A stretch of 64,000 nt of DNA from Bacteroidales bacterium (GCA_041671145.1 JBAZBZ010000007.1:34461-98460), one strand, 5' to 3'; positions 29,142-39,682 are shown, counted from the first letter of the stretch. Notes: generated by a model not told the origin, from the sequence alone. A program made the numbers and translations.

Positions 29142-30308
29142 ATGTTAATTACCAGAAAAATAGAACCGGAATTAAAATCAATTGCCAAAGTTTATCCTGT
29201 TATTACAATTACGGGACCGAGGCAATCGGGAAAAACTACTTTGGTGAAAAAGATATTTGGCGAAAAAAAATATGTCAGCATTGAAGACCCAGACAATAGA
29301 GAATTAGCTAAAAGCGATCCCGTGGGATTTTTAAACCGCTTTCCTGATGGAGCAATATTCGATGAAATACAAAGGGTACCCGATATTTTATCATATATTC
29401 AAGGAATAGTTGATAAAAAGAAGAAAAAAAACATGTATGTATTGACAGGAAGCAATCAATTTCAATTACTCGATGGCATTAATCAATCTCTTGCAGGCAG
29501 AACAGCATTATTAAAACTTTTACCTTTTGATATTTCAGAAACTCTTAATTTTCATAAAAATTTTTCAGTAGAAGATTATATTTATTCGGGATTTTATCCT
29601 GCCGTACATTCTGAAAAAATAGAACCGGTAAAAGCATACAGAAATTATTATGAAACATACATAGAAAGAGATGTAAGGCAATTGATAAATATTAAAGATT
29701 TGATGCTTTTCAGAAAATTCATCCGATTGTGTGCAGGCAGGACAGGGCAGATTTTTAATGCGAGCCAATTGGCAACAGAAACCGGCACTTCTGTTAACAC
29801 AATTAAGTCATGGATTTCAATTCTTGAAGCTTCTTATGTTATTTATTTGTTGCCACCATGGTTTGATAATATTTCCAAGAGATTAATAAAATCACCAAAG
29901 TTATATTTTATTGATGTTGGTTTAGCTTCGTATTTACTCGGCATTGAAAACAAGCAGCATATTATAAATCATCCTTTGAGGGGGAATTTATTTGAAAATT
30001 TAGTTCTGATGGAATTAGTAAAGCAAAGATTAAATGATGGATTTGAACCTAATTTTTATTTTTTCAGAGATAAACACGGTAATGAAGTTGATATTATTTT
30101 TGGCAATGCAAAAGATTTAATTGCAATTGAAATAAAGTCATCCGAAACATATCACAGTAGTTTTTTGAAAGGAATAAAATATTTCGAAAAGTATTATAAA
30201 AAAAACATGAAGAATGGATTTGTTATTTATTCCGGTAAAAATGAACAATCAATAGAAAACATAAATCTTGTGAATTTTTTAAAAACGCAAAGTGTTTTAG
30301 AAAAATAA
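29142..30308 (+). CDS. AAA-family ATPase of the AAA_14 + DUF4143 type
   Basis: Walker A GPRQSGKTT, Walker B AIFDEIQ, and the C-terminal pattern typical of DUF4143 proteins (...FENLV..EL.K...). Located between hypF and hypC. Confidence 0.8.
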   Translation: MLITRKIEPELKSIAKVYPVITITGPRQSGKTTLVKKIFGEKKYVSIEDPDNRELAKSDPVGFLNRFPDGAIFDEIQRVPDILSYIQGIVDKKKKKNMYVLTGSNQFQLLDGINQSLAGRTALLKLLPFDISETLNFHKNFSVEDYIYSGFYPAVHSEKIEPVKAYRNYYETYIERDVRQLINIKDLMLFRKFIRLCAGRTGQIFNASQLATETGTSVNTIKSWISILEASYVIYLLPPWFDNISKRLIKSPKLYFIDVGLASYLLGIENKQHIINHPLRGNLFENLVLMELVKQRLNDGFEPNFYFFRDKHGNEVDIIFGNAKDLIAIEIKSSETYHSSFLKGIKYFEKYYKKNMKNGFVIYSGKNEQSIENINLVNFLKTQSVLEK

Positions 30309-30324
30309 TTTAAATTTTAAATAT

Positions 30325-30549
30325 ATGTGTTTAAGCATTCCTGCTCAGATTCAAAGTATTGAAGGCGATATGGCGAAAGTCAGCATAGGTGGAACAATTG
30401 TTAATGCAAGTTTACAATTGCTCGATGAACCTAAAGTGGGTGAATTTGTTTTACTTCATTCCGGCTTTGCAATTTCAAAACTCAGCAAGGAAGAAGCTGC
30501 CGAAACGATAAAATTATTGAGAGAACTGGGGGAAATTGACAATGAATAA
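30325..30549 (+). CDS. hypC: Hydrogenase maturation chaperone HypC
   Basis: 74 aa beginning MCLSIPAQI, the essential N-terminal Cys motif. Confidence 0.85.
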   Translation: MCLSIPAQIQSIEGDMAKVSIGGTIVNASLQLLDEPKVGEFVLLHSGFAISKLSKEEAAETIKLLRELGEIDNE

Positions 30550-30643
30550 TTAATAATGAAAGAATATTAATACCTCTGTTTAATATTTAACTACCGGTAT
30601 AAATAAAGAGCGATAACTTAAAACTATAAACTGAAAACTGAAT

Positions 30644-31723
30644 ATGAAATACATTGACGAATACCGCGATAATACTTTAGTTTATAATCTTGTCAGAAGA
30701 ATAAAAAAGATTTCTAAAAAAGAAATTTCCCTGATGGAAGTTTGTGGTGGTCACACGATGTCAATTCAGAAATTTGGCATTCCTTCATTGTTGCCGGAAA
30801 ATATCAGATTGATTTCAGGTCCGGGTTGTCCGGTATGTGTTACAAGCAAAAAATTTATTGATAAAGCAATCGCATATTCCTCAATGAAGGATGTTGTAAT
30901 CACTACATTTGGCGACTTAATCCGCGTTCCGGGTTCAAAATCATCACTTGAAAAAGAAAAAGCAAATGGTGCAAATATTCAGATTGTTTATTCGCCGCTT
31001 CAGGCATTACAGATTGCTAAAGATAATAGAAATAAAAAAATAATTTTTCTCGGCATAGGTTTTGAAACTACTTCTCCCACGAGTGCTGCTGCAATTGCAA
31101 AAGGTTATGATGAAAAAATAAATAATTTTTTCCTTTTAAGTTCGCACAAAATAATGCCTCCTGCAATGTCGGCATTGATTGATGAAGGTGTAAAACTAAA
31201 CGGATACATTTGTCCCGGTCATGTTAGTACAATTACCGGAAGTGCCATTTACGAACCTATTGCTAAAAACTATAATCTTGGTTGTGTGATTTCGGGGTTT
31301 GAACCGACAGATATTTTGCAGACAATTCTGATGCTGGTTAAGCAATTTGAAAACAACGAAGCAAAAGTAGAAATACAATACAAAAGAGCTGTTAAACCTG
31401 AAGGAAATGTCAAAGCGAAGCAATTGCTGGATGAGGTTTTTGAGTTACGTGACGATTGGTGGCGCGGATTGGGAATTATAACAAACAGCGGAAATACTTT
31501 AAAAAAGAAATATGAAGCATTTAATATCGAAAAGGTGATTCCTGTTGATGTTACCGAACCCGAAGAACCCAAAGGAAGTGTTTGCGGTGAAATTTTAAAA
31601 GGATTAAAAACCCCTAAAGAATGTAAATTATTTGGAACTGTATGTACTCCATCAGAACCAATTGGCGCTTGCATGGTTTCTGGAGAAGGAGCATGTCAGG
31701 CGTATTTTAAGTACAATAAATAA
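30644..31723 (+). CDS. hypD: Hydrogenase maturation protein HypD
   Basis: EVCGGHT, GPGCPVCV, GFETT and PGHVS motifs. Confidence 0.9.
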   Translation: MKYIDEYRDNTLVYNLVRRIKKISKKEISLMEVCGGHTMSIQKFGIPSLLPENIRLISGPGCPVCVTSKKFIDKAIAYSSMKDVVITTFGDLIRVPGSKSSLEKEKANGANIQIVYSPLQALQIAKDNRNKKIIFLGIGFETTSPTSAAAIAKGYDEKINNFFLLSSHKIMPPAMSALIDEGVKLNGYICPGHVSTITGSAIYEPIAKNYNLGCVISGFEPTDILQTILMLVKQFENNEAKVEIQYKRAVKPEGNVKAKQLLDEVFELRDDWWRGLGIITNSGNTLKKKYEAFNIEKVIPVDVTEPEEPKGSVCGEILKGLKTPKECKLFGTVCTPSEPIGACMVSGEGACQAYFKYNK

Positions 31724-31740
31724 TGAATAAATAAATAATA

Positions 31741-32757
31741 ATGAATAATGAAAAGATTTTATTAAACCATGGTAGTGGAGGAAAACTCACACACGAATTA
31801 ATTTCGGGATTGTTTGTTAAATATTTCGATAATGATATTTTGAGGAAGCAAACCGATTCTGCTATAATTAATGTTGACAGTAATTTGCTTGCATATACAA
31901 CCGATTCGTATGTTGTTGAGCCGATTTTTTTCCCGGGTGGTGATATAGGGAAGCTCGCTGTTTGTGGCACTGTTAATGATTTATCGGTTTCGGGTGCAAA
32001 GCCACTTTATATTTCTTGCGGATTTATTATTGAAGAAGGTTTTTTATTTTCAGAACTCGAAAGAATTGTAAAATCAATGGCTGGTGAAGCAGAGAAAGCA
32101 GGAGTAATAATTGTTACAGGCGACACAAAAGTTGTTGATAAAGGTAAATGCGACAAGATTTTCATTAATACATCTGGCATTGGAATTCTTGATGAAAAAA
32201 GAAAAAACATAAGTTATGGTTCAGAGATTAAAGTTGGTGATAAAATTATTGTAAATGGAAACATTGGTGAACACGGGGCTGCAATATTGTGTGCAAGGAA
32301 TTCATTGGAATATTCTTCTGATGTGAAATCTGATTGTGCTTCGTTGAATAAATTGATTTCAGAGGCACTTCAGGTATCAGACAAAATAAAATTCATGCGA
32401 GATGCAACAAGAGGCGGCTTAGCAACCGTTTTGTGCGAACTTGCTGAAAAAAATAAATTCGGAGTTGAACTTGACGAATCACAAATTTCTGTTCGGGAAA
32501 GTGTGAGGGGGTTGTGCGAAATATTCGGGTATGACCCGCTATATATGGCAAATGAAGGAAAGGTTGTTATGGTTGTTGGAAAAGAAGATGCAGAAAAAGT
32601 TTTAAAAAAAATAAAACAAAATGAACTTGGTGAAAATGCAGCAATAATTGGAGAAATAACCGGAACAAACAATAAACTTGTTGTCATGAAAACAGGAATA
32701 GGGGGGAAGAGAATTATTGATATGCTTGCAGGAGAACAGCTACCGAGAATATGCTGA
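31741..32757 (+). CDS. hypE: Hydrogenase maturation protein HypE
   Basis: PurM-like fold motifs and the C-terminal PRIC motif. Confidence 0.9.
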   Translation: MNNEKILLNHGSGGKLTHELISGLFVKYFDNDILRKQTDSAIINVDSNLLAYTTDSYVVEPIFFPGGDIGKLAVCGTVNDLSVSGAKPLYISCGFIIEEGFLFSELERIVKSMAGEAEKAGVIIVTGDTKVVDKGKCDKIFINTSGIGILDEKRKNISYGSEIKVGDKIIVNGNIGEHGAAILCARNSLEYSSDVKSDCASLNKLISEALQVSDKIKFMRDATRGGLATVLCELAEKNKFGVELDESQISVRESVRGLCEIFGYDPLYMANEGKVVMVVGKEDAEKVLKKIKQNELGENAAIIGEITGTNNKLVVMKTGIGGKRIIDMLAGEQLPRIC

Positions 32758-32889
32758 CAATATTTCAAGAAAAATATATTCATAAAAAGTAACATTTTGT
32801 TAGTAACATTTTGTTACTTTGTAAAAATAAATTATTATGAAAAAGACACCTTTTCAAAAAAAACGGATTTGAAATTTTAAACCGTTAAT

Positions 32890-33231
32890 ATGCACGAATT
32901 ATCAATTGCACAAAATATTATTGAAATTGTTGAAGAAAATGCACGGAAATTAAAATTAAAAATAATTTCTGAAGTTGAAATTGATGTTGGAACGATTTCG
33001 GGTGTTGTTCCCGAAAATCTTGAGTTTGCAATGGATGTTTCTGTAAAAGATACAATACTTGAGAATGCAAAAATCAAATTAAATATTATCAAAGCAAAAG
33101 CAAAATGTCTGAAATGTTCGAACGAGTTTGAAATTGAAGAAATATATTCATTCTGCCCCAAATGTAACAGTTTTGAATTTGAGATTATACAGGGTAAAGA
33201 ATTAAAAGTAAAATCAATAAAAGTTGATTAG
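32890..33231 (+). CDS. hypA: Nickel insertion protein HypA
   Basis: MHELSIA N-terminus and the zinc site CLKC...CPKC. Confidence 0.85.
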   Translation: MHELSIAQNIIEIVEENARKLKLKIISEVEIDVGTISGVVPENLEFAMDVSVKDTILENAKIKLNIIKAKAKCLKCSNEFEIEEIYSFCPKCNSFEFEIIQGKELKVKSIKVD

Positions 33232-33296
33232 AAAAAATGTTTGATGTTTTTTAATAGGACAATAGCGAATAAAAGTATTAAATATATACAAATGAT

Positions 33297-33304
33297 TAAA
33301 TTTG
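33297..33304 (+). promoter_or_regulatory. -7 promoter box (TAAATTTG), possible internal promoter for hypB
   Basis: Lies 31 nt upstream of the hypB ATG at 33335. Confidence 0.35.
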
Positions 33305-33334
33305 CAAATCTGAAATTCTAAATCCTAAATCAAA

Positions 33335-34240
33335 ATGTGTGATACTTGCGGATGCGGTCAGCCCGATGACCATATAAAAATAAGAAAGCCCGGAGAAGAG
33401 CATGAACACAGGCATGAACATTCTCACGAGCATAGTCATGACTTTGAGCATGAGCACGAACATGAACATGATAAAAAAAAACATAAACACAAACACGAGC
33501 ATAATTATGAGCATTCACACGAACATAAATCTCATGAGCACTCACACAAGTACGAGCATGATGAGCACACTTACGAACACGCTCAGTCAAAAGAAATAAA
33601 AATCGAACAGGATATAATGCAAAAAAACAATTTGCTTGCAGAAAGAAATCGCGGGTATTTTGAAGCAAAAAATATTTTTACATTAAATCTTGTAAGTTCA
33701 CCTGGTTCAGGTAAAACATCTCTTCTCGAAAAAACAATAAAAGATTTAAAAAAAAAATTATTTTTTTTTGTAATAGAAGGCGACCAGCAAACAATGAACG
33801 ATGCAAAAAGAATTGAAGCAACAGGTGCTGCGGTAGTTCAAATAAATACGGGAAATGGCTGTCATCTTGATGCTGATATGATTAATAAAGCTGTTAAAAA
33901 ACTTGATGTTAAAGAAAATTCTGTTTTGGTAATTGAAAATGTCGGAAATCTTGTTTGTCCTGCATTATTTGATTTAGGTGAATCGAAAAGAGTTGTGATA
34001 ATAAGTGTAACGGAAGGTGAAGATAAACCACTCAAATATCCTAATATGTTCACAACTTCAGATATTTGCATTATCAATAAAACCGACCTTTTGCCTCATG
34101 TTGATTTTAATGTGAAAAAAGTAAAAGAATACGCATTGAGGATTAATAACAAACTTGATTTTTTTGAAGTATCAGCAAAAACAGGTAATGGAATGGATGA
34201 ATGGTATGAATGGCTTTTGAAATTTGGAGGTAAGAGGTAG
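33335..34240 (+). CDS. hypB: Nickel metallochaperone GTPase HypB with a long His/Glu-rich N-terminal tract
   Basis: MCDTCGC N-terminal site, a His/Glu-rich tract of about 60 aa (HEHRHEHSHEHSHDFEHEHEHEH...), P-loop GSGKTS, and ENVGNLVCP. Confidence 0.9.
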   Translation: MCDTCGCGQPDDHIKIRKPGEEHEHRHEHSHEHSHDFEHEHEHEHDKKKHKHKHEHNYEHSHEHKSHEHSHKYEHDEHTYEHAQSKEIKIEQDIMQKNNLLAERNRGYFEAKNIFTLNLVSSPGSGKTSLLEKTIKDLKKKLFFFVIEGDQQTMNDAKRIEATGAAVVQINTGNGCHLDADMINKAVKKLDVKENSVLVIENVGNLVCPALFDLGESKRVVIISVTEGEDKPLKYPNMFTTSDICIINKTDLLPHVDFNVKKVKEYALRINNKLDFFEVSAKTGNGMDEWYEWLLKFGGKR

Positions 34241-34315
34241 GAAGTAGGAGCTAAGAGGTACGAGTTGTGAGTTTTTGGCTGTGAGTTAGAAATTATTAAT
34301 TATTAGTTAAATAAA

Positions 34316-35593
34316 ATGTTTGGAGAAATTTTTTTAGTATTATGTTTGATAGTATTGAATGGCATATTTGCGATGTCTGAAATTGCAATTATTTCTTCGA
34401 GAAAATCGAAACTTGAAGATTTGATGAGAAAAGGAAATAAAAATGCAAAAGCAGTATTATTTCTTATTGACACACCGAGTAAATTTTTATCAACTATTCA
34501 GATTGGAATTACATCAATAGCTATTTTAATTGGATTTTTTGGAAGCATGGAACTTACCATAAATACTCAAAACATTTTAAGCAATTCGGGATTGATAAAC
34601 CCATATTCTCATAATCTCGCAATTGCAATTGTCGTAATCATCATTACTTTTTTATCAATTGTTATTGGTGAATTAATACCGAAAAGAATTGGAATGTCAA
34701 ATCCCGAAGCAATTTCATTAATTGTAGTAAAACCCGTAATGTTGCTTTTAAGGATTACCACACCCTTTGTTTGGTTATTAAGCTTTTCAACAGATTTTAT
34801 TTTTAATGTATTTGGCATAAAGAAGAAATATAAGTCACAGGTTACAGAAGGAGAAATAAAAGCATTAATTGAAGAAGGAACAAATGTTGGTGAAATACAG
34901 GAAATAGAACAGGATATTGTTGAAAGGGTTTTTCATTTGGGTGACCAGAGAATTGCAGCTTTGATGACAAATCGCACAGATATTATTTGGCTTAATGTTA
35001 ACGATACTGTGGAAACAACTAAAAATAAAATTGCCACAAATAATCATTCTGTTTATCCATTGTGTAATGAAGATATTGACGATGTAATGGGAATTGTTTA
35101 TTCAAAAGATTTATTCATTGCACTTTTGAATGAATCCAATCTTGATTTAAAAAAATACATGAAACCTGTTAATGTGATACCAAGCGACCACAAGGCATAC
35201 CAGGTTTTGGAAAAATTCAAGGAATCAAAAATTCATTATGCTATTATAGTTGATGAATATGGAACAACGGAAGGTGTAGTTACAATTAACGACATACTTG
35301 ATGCATTGGTTGGCGATATAACCGGCGCGGACGAACCTGAAGTTGTGAAACGTTCTGACGGCAGTTGGCTGATTGATGGAAGGATGGCTTTTTTTGAATT
35401 TATTCATGAATTTGAAATAGAAAATTATGATTATTCGAAAATTTACTTTCATTCAATGGGTGGTTTTGTAGTACACCAATTAAAAGCAATTCCGAAATCA
35501 GGTGATAAATTCGATTGGCATGGATATAGATTTGAAATTGTTGATATGGATGGGAACAGAGTGGATAAAATTCTGCTGATGAAAATCAGTTAA
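34316..35593 (+). CDS. CNNM/DUF21-CBS-CorC_HlyC family membrane protein (hemolysin-family/divalent-cation transport type)
   Basis: N-terminal 4-TM DUF21 region (FAMSEIAIISSRK), a tandem CBS region, and a C-terminal CorC_HlyC-like domain. Confidence 0.8.
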   Translation: MFGEIFLVLCLIVLNGIFAMSEIAIISSRKSKLEDLMRKGNKNAKAVLFLIDTPSKFLSTIQIGITSIAILIGFFGSMELTINTQNILSNSGLINPYSHNLAIAIVVIIITFLSIVIGELIPKRIGMSNPEAISLIVVKPVMLLLRITTPFVWLLSFSTDFIFNVFGIKKKYKSQVTEGEIKALIEEGTNVGEIQEIEQDIVERVFHLGDQRIAALMTNRTDIIWLNVNDTVETTKNKIATNNHSVYPLCNEDIDDVMGIVYSKDLFIALLNESNLDLKKYMKPVNVIPSDHKAYQVLEKFKESKIHYAIIVDEYGTTEGVVTINDILDALVGDITGADEPEVVKRSDGSWLIDGRMAFFEFIHEFEIENYDYSKIYFHSMGGFVVHQLKAIPKSGDKFDWHGYRFEIVDMDGNRVDKILLMKIS

Positions 35594-35643
35594 AAATAAT
35601 TGTATTTTTCATTAACGAAACATCAATGATTAAAAGCGTTTAA

Positions 35644-36309
35644 TTATGGCTGTTTTTCTGCTATAATTAAATCATTTGTCTCTTCTACTTTTTCAATCAC
35701 CTTAACTTTCAGTCCTTCCTCTAAAAAATTATTTTTAATTTTACTAAACAATTCATGTGTCATTGTTTCTTTCATTGTGTTATAAATAATTTTACCGTTA
35801 GGATTCAGATGAGTTGTCAAGCTATTAATAAATTTTATTTCAGTAAATATTTCGGGAATGGTATTAATTATAAAAATATCAATAATGATTAAGTCAAAAG
35901 TATCATTATTGTTTTTTAAATAATCTGATGCGTCGGAATGAATAATATTAATATTCTTAAACCTATTTATTTCAAATTCATTTATTGCTATTGAAATTAT
36001 TTCGGAATCAATGTCAACCAACTCAATAAAGGCACTAGAGTTAAAATCTTTTCTTATGGTTTGAACAATTGAACCTCCTCCTAATCCCAAAACTAATATC
36101 TTTTCAATGTTTTTACTGAATCCGATTTCAAGCAGTCCTTTGTGAAGAATTTTTTGCAGTGAACCATAAGAATAGTTGCTTTTATTAGTGTCTAAGGTTT
36201 TTTTTCCATTAATAAGATTTATCTCTAAGTTGCCATTTATTTTTGAAGTGTAACTTTTTAATCGAAATGGGATTATATAACTAAATGCTTTTTTTATATT
36301 CTTGTGCAT
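35644..36309 (-). CDS. Class I SAM-dependent methyltransferase / spermidine-synthase-like protein
   Basis: SAM motif ILVLGLGGGS followed by acidic-residue motifs (VDIDSEI, IIIDIF). Function is not assignable. Confidence 0.5.
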   Translation of the reverse strand: MHKNIKKAFSYIIPFRLKSYTSKINGNLEINLINGKKTLDTNKSNYSYGSLQKILHKGLLEIGFSKNIEKILVLGLGGGSIVQTIRKDFNSSAFIELVDIDSEIISIAINEFEINRFKNINIIHSDASDYLKNNNDTFDLIIIDIFIINTIPEIFTEIKFINSLTTHLNPNGKIIYNTMKETMTHELFSKIKNNFLEEGLKVKVIEKVEETNDLIIAEKQP

Positions 36310-36401
36310 AAAATGTGTTGTGTTGTTTTTATAATATTCAAAAGACGGAATATTTTTTTTATTAAATAAAGTAGAACAATATTTTTATATACTCAAAAGT
36401 A

Positions 36402-37439
36402 TTATACTTTTTTTAAAGTAAAAGCAAAAGTAGAACCAACGCCAACAGTGCTTCTTACGTTTATAATTTGTTTATGAGCTTCAATAATGTGTTTTACAAT
36501 TGCAAGTCCGAGTCCTGTTCCACCTTGTTCACGCGAGCGGCTTTTATCGGTTCTGTAAAATCGTTCAAAAATTCTTGATAAATTTTTTTCTTCAATACCA
36601 ATTCCATTGTCGGAAACTTCAACTAATATATTTTCATCCATATCAAAAAAACTGATTTTTGTTTGTCCATCGGTATTGCCATAAATAATAGAATTGTTTA
36701 TAAGATTGGTCAGAACCTGTTGAATTCTATCTCTATCAGCCAAAACCCTTATTGGTTTATCATGATTTTCGGCAATTTTTATTGTTATATTTTTGGCTTT
36801 TGCTTTTAATTCAAGTTCTTCAATCACTTCTCTGGCTAAATAAACCATATCGAATTCTTTTATTTCAAGTTTTATTTCACCCGATTCCAATCGCGAAATT
36901 ATATCCAAATCATTAACTATATTGATTAACCTTTCAATGTTTTTTTCTGTTCTTTCAAGATATTTCATGTTTATTTCAGGGTCATTCAAGCCGCCATCTA
37001 TCAATGTTGAAATATATCCCTGTATCGAAAATATTGGTGTTTTTAATTCATGTGAAATATTTCCTATAAACTCTTTTCTGAATTTTTCGAGTTTTTTTAA
37101 TTGTTCAATTTCATCTCCGCTTTTTTCAATCCATTCTTCCACATCTTTATTCACAATCTCAAAAATATCTTTCTCGGATTTTTCTTTTTTTTCAGTTTTA
37201 TTAAGTTTAAAATTATGAATGGTTTTGTAAATCAATTTTATTCTTTTGTTAACCAATTTCTCAAAAGTATAATCAAAAGCAATGAACGATACGCAAAATA
37301 CTGTTATGGAAATTATAAAAATAAAAGCCCAGTAAATTTCATCGAACAAAGCATAGTTTGCGAAAAAGCTGATAATACCTACTATTATGGAAATTATCAG
37401 ACACGTTATTACCGAAATATTTCTTGTAGAGTTATTCAT
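36402..37439 (-). CDS. phoR: Sensor histidine kinase, PhoR-like by operon context
   Basis: Two N-terminal TM helices, H-box SHELKTP, N box LTNLINNSIIY, and G boxes DNGIGI / GGTGLGLAI. Last gene of the pst-phoU-phoB operon. Confidence 0.7.
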   Translation of the reverse strand: MNNSTRNISVITCLIISIIVGIISFFANYALFDEIYWAFIFIISITVFCVSFIAFDYTFEKLVNKRIKLIYKTIHNFKLNKTEKKEKSEKDIFEIVNKDVEEWIEKSGDEIEQLKKLEKFRKEFIGNISHELKTPIFSIQGYISTLIDGGLNDPEINMKYLERTEKNIERLINIVNDLDIISRLESGEIKLEIKEFDMVYLAREVIEELELKAKAKNITIKIAENHDKPIRVLADRDRIQQVLTNLINNSIIYGNTDGQTKISFFDMDENILVEVSDNGIGIEEKNLSRIFERFYRTDKSRSREQGGTGLGLAIVKHIIEAHKQIINVRSTVGVGSTFAFTLKKV

Positions 37440-37489
37440 TCATTTTTAAGAATATACTCTGACAGGTTGAAAAAATCTGTCAGGTCAAG

Positions 37490-38161
37490 TTAAACCTCAA
37501 ACTTATATCCCACACCTTTAATAGTTTTAATAACATCATCACCGAGTTTTTCCCTTAATTTCCTGACATGAACATCAAGTGTTCTTTCGCCAACAATTGT
37601 GGAAGTGCCCCAAACTCTGTTCATTATTTCATCTCTTGTAAACAATCTGTTTGGTTTTGATGCAAGGAAAACAAGAAGTTCGAATTCTTTTTTTGGTAAT
37701 GAGATATTTTTATTTTTTTTAATAACAATATAATTTTCTTTATCAATTTTAATTTCGCCAAAATCGATGATATTTGTTTTGACTTCATCTGATGAAACCC
37801 TTTTGATTAAAGCTTTTATTTTACTTATCAAGATTCTGAGTTTTATGGGTTTTGTAATATAGTCATCTGCACCTGCGTCATAACCGGCAATCTGGGAATA
37901 ATCTTCTGAGCGTGCTGAAAGAAAAATTACCAGAATGTTTTTTAGAATATTTATTTGTTTAATTTCCCTGCATGTTTCAATACCATCCATTTCGGGCATC
38001 ATAACATCAAGAATTATTAAGTTGGGAATTATTTCTTTTGCAATTTGTATGGCATCTTTGCCGTTTGTGCATGTGTGAACTTCGAAGCCTTCTTTAATGA
38101 GATTATATTTAAGAAACTCTAAAATATCGGGTTCATCATCCACTATTAAAATTTTTTCCAT
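37490..38161 (-). CDS. phoB: OmpR/PhoB-family response regulator
   Basis: Receiver domain (DDEPDI...LDVMMPEMDG) and a winged-helix C-terminus (LDVHVRKLREKL...GVGYKF). Directly downstream of phoU. Confidence 0.75.
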   Translation of the reverse strand: MEKILIVDDEPDILEFLKYNLIKEGFEVHTCTNGKDAIQIAKEIIPNLIILDVMMPEMDGIETCREIKQINILKNILVIFLSARSEDYSQIAGYDAGADDYITKPIKLRILISKIKALIKRVSSDEVKTNIIDFGEIKIDKENYIVIKKNKNISLPKKEFELLVFLASKPNRLFTRDEIMNRVWGTSTIVGERTLDVHVRKLREKLGDDVIKTIKGVGYKFEV

Positions 38162-38181
38162 AAATAATTTATTATTTAATG

Positions 38182-38856
38182 TTAATCAATAATATTTTCA
38201 TGTTTAATAATCTTGCCGTCAATCCAGAAAACAACAGATTCGGCAATATTTACAGCATGGTCGGCAAGGCGTTCAATTTGTTGTAAAACAATTATTAAAT
38301 TTGTTGCAACAACAATAACTTCTGATTTTTTGGTCATTTCGTTAATTATTTTTGAATGCAACTTTTGATTCAAATCTTTTATAAAATCTTTATTTAGCAA
38401 CAATTCTTTAGCTTTAACAACATCTTTTTCAATGTAACTTAAAATTGCTTTTGAGAAAATTTCTTTTGAATGATTTGCTATTTCGTTAATTTTAAATTTA
38501 GTGATTATTTCGGGTTGTTCCCTTATACTTTCAGCTCTTTTAGCAATGCTTAATGCAATATCTGCAATGCGCTCAAGTTCATTGTCGATTTTAAGTGATG
38601 ACATTATTAAACGCAGGTCAGATGCTACGGGCTGAACAAGAGCGAATATTCTTTGACAAAGTTTATCAATTTTCACATCTATATCATCAATTTTATTTTC
38701 ATTTTCTTCAATTTGTTTAACCAAATCCTTATTGCCGGTTAACAATGCCGTTATTGATTTTTCAACCTGAATTTCCACAAGGTCCGACATTTCTATAATT
38801 CTTTTTCTCAGTTTCTCTAATTCTTGTTCGAAATGAGTTTGCATAAATGGAGTCAT
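38182..38856 (-). CDS. phoU: Phosphate signalling regulator PhoU
   Basis: Two PhoU repeats (DxxxDxxxxxI... E-x-x-x-D motifs: NELERIADIA, QIERLADHAVNIAE). Confidence 0.85.
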   Translation of the reverse strand: MTPFMQTHFEQELEKLRKRIIEMSDLVEIQVEKSITALLTGNKDLVKQIEENENKIDDIDVKIDKLCQRIFALVQPVASDLRLIMSSLKIDNELERIADIALSIAKRAESIREQPEIITKFKINEIANHSKEIFSKAILSYIEKDVVKAKELLLNKDFIKDLNQKLHSKIINEMTKKSEVIVVATNLIIVLQQIERLADHAVNIAESVVFWIDGKIIKHENIID

Positions 38857-38915
38857 ATATTTAAAGTTTTAAAATTACTAAATTTTTATAATTATTACAT
38901 TTATTAATTTTCAAA

Positions 38916-39674
38916 TTAACCAAATCTTCCTGTTATATAATCTTCTGTTTGTCTTTTCTCGGGGTTTGTAAATATTTTTTTAGTTTTATCGTATTCTATA
39001 AGTTCTCCAAGATAAAAGAAAGCCGTCCGGTTGCTCGTTCTTGCTGCCTGCTGCATATTATGAGTAACAATTACTATTGTATATTTTTCTTTTAATTGAA
39101 AAATTAATTCTTCTATTTTGCTTGTTGATATGGGGTCTAATGCACTTGCAGGTTCATCCATTAAAATAATTTCGGGATTAACGGCAAGAGCTCTGGCAAT
39201 GCAAAGTCGCTGTTGCTGTCCTCCCGATAAACCAAGTGCCGAATCATATAACCGGTCTTTTACTTCATCCCATATTGCTGCATTTTTTAATGATGTTTCA
39301 ACAATTTCATCAAGTTGTTTCTTGTCTTTTATACCGTTTATTCTCGGTCCATAAGCAATGTTATCGTAAGTAGATTTTGCAAAAGGATTGGATTTCTGAA
39401 AAACCATTCCGATTTTTTTTCTCAAATTAACAACATCAACATTTTGAGCGTAAATATTTGTTCCGTCAATTAATATTTCTCCTGTTATTTTTACATTATC
39501 AATCAAATCATTCATTCTGTTCAATGTCCTTAAGAATGTGGATTTGCCGCATCCAGAAGGACCAATCAAAGCAGTAACCCTGTTTTGAGGGATTTCAATA
39601 TTAATATTTTTCAACGCTTGCTTATCGCCGTAGTATAGTGAAAGATTATTTATTTTTATTTTTATTTCTGCCAT
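38916..39674 (-). CDS. pstB: Phosphate ABC transporter ATPase PstB
   Basis: [29 protein letters not shown], and the PstB-typical C-terminus YITGRFG. Confidence 0.9.
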   Translation of the reverse strand: MAEIKIKINNLSLYYGDKQALKNINIEIPQNRVTALIGPSGCGKSTFLRTLNRMNDLIDNVKITGEILIDGTNIYAQNVDVVNLRKKIGMVFQKSNPFAKSTYDNIAYGPRINGIKDKKQLDEIVETSLKNAAIWDEVKDRLYDSALGLSGGQQQRLCIARALAVNPEIILMDEPASALDPISTSKIEELIFQLKEKYTIVIVTHNMQQAARTSNRTAFFYLGELIEYDKTKKIFTNPEKRQTEDYITGRFG

Positions 39675-39682
39675 GACTAAAC

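Noticed and set aside
31270-32795. Minus-strand ORFs of 134, 87, 67 and 141 aa across hypD/hypE
   Set aside because: All are antisense to strongly supported hyp genes. They are Ser/Pro/Phe-rich shadow translations.
32837-32872. Mini-ORF MKKTPFQKKRI upstream of hypA
   Set aside because: It is only 11 codons in an AT-rich spacer with nothing to distinguish it from chance.
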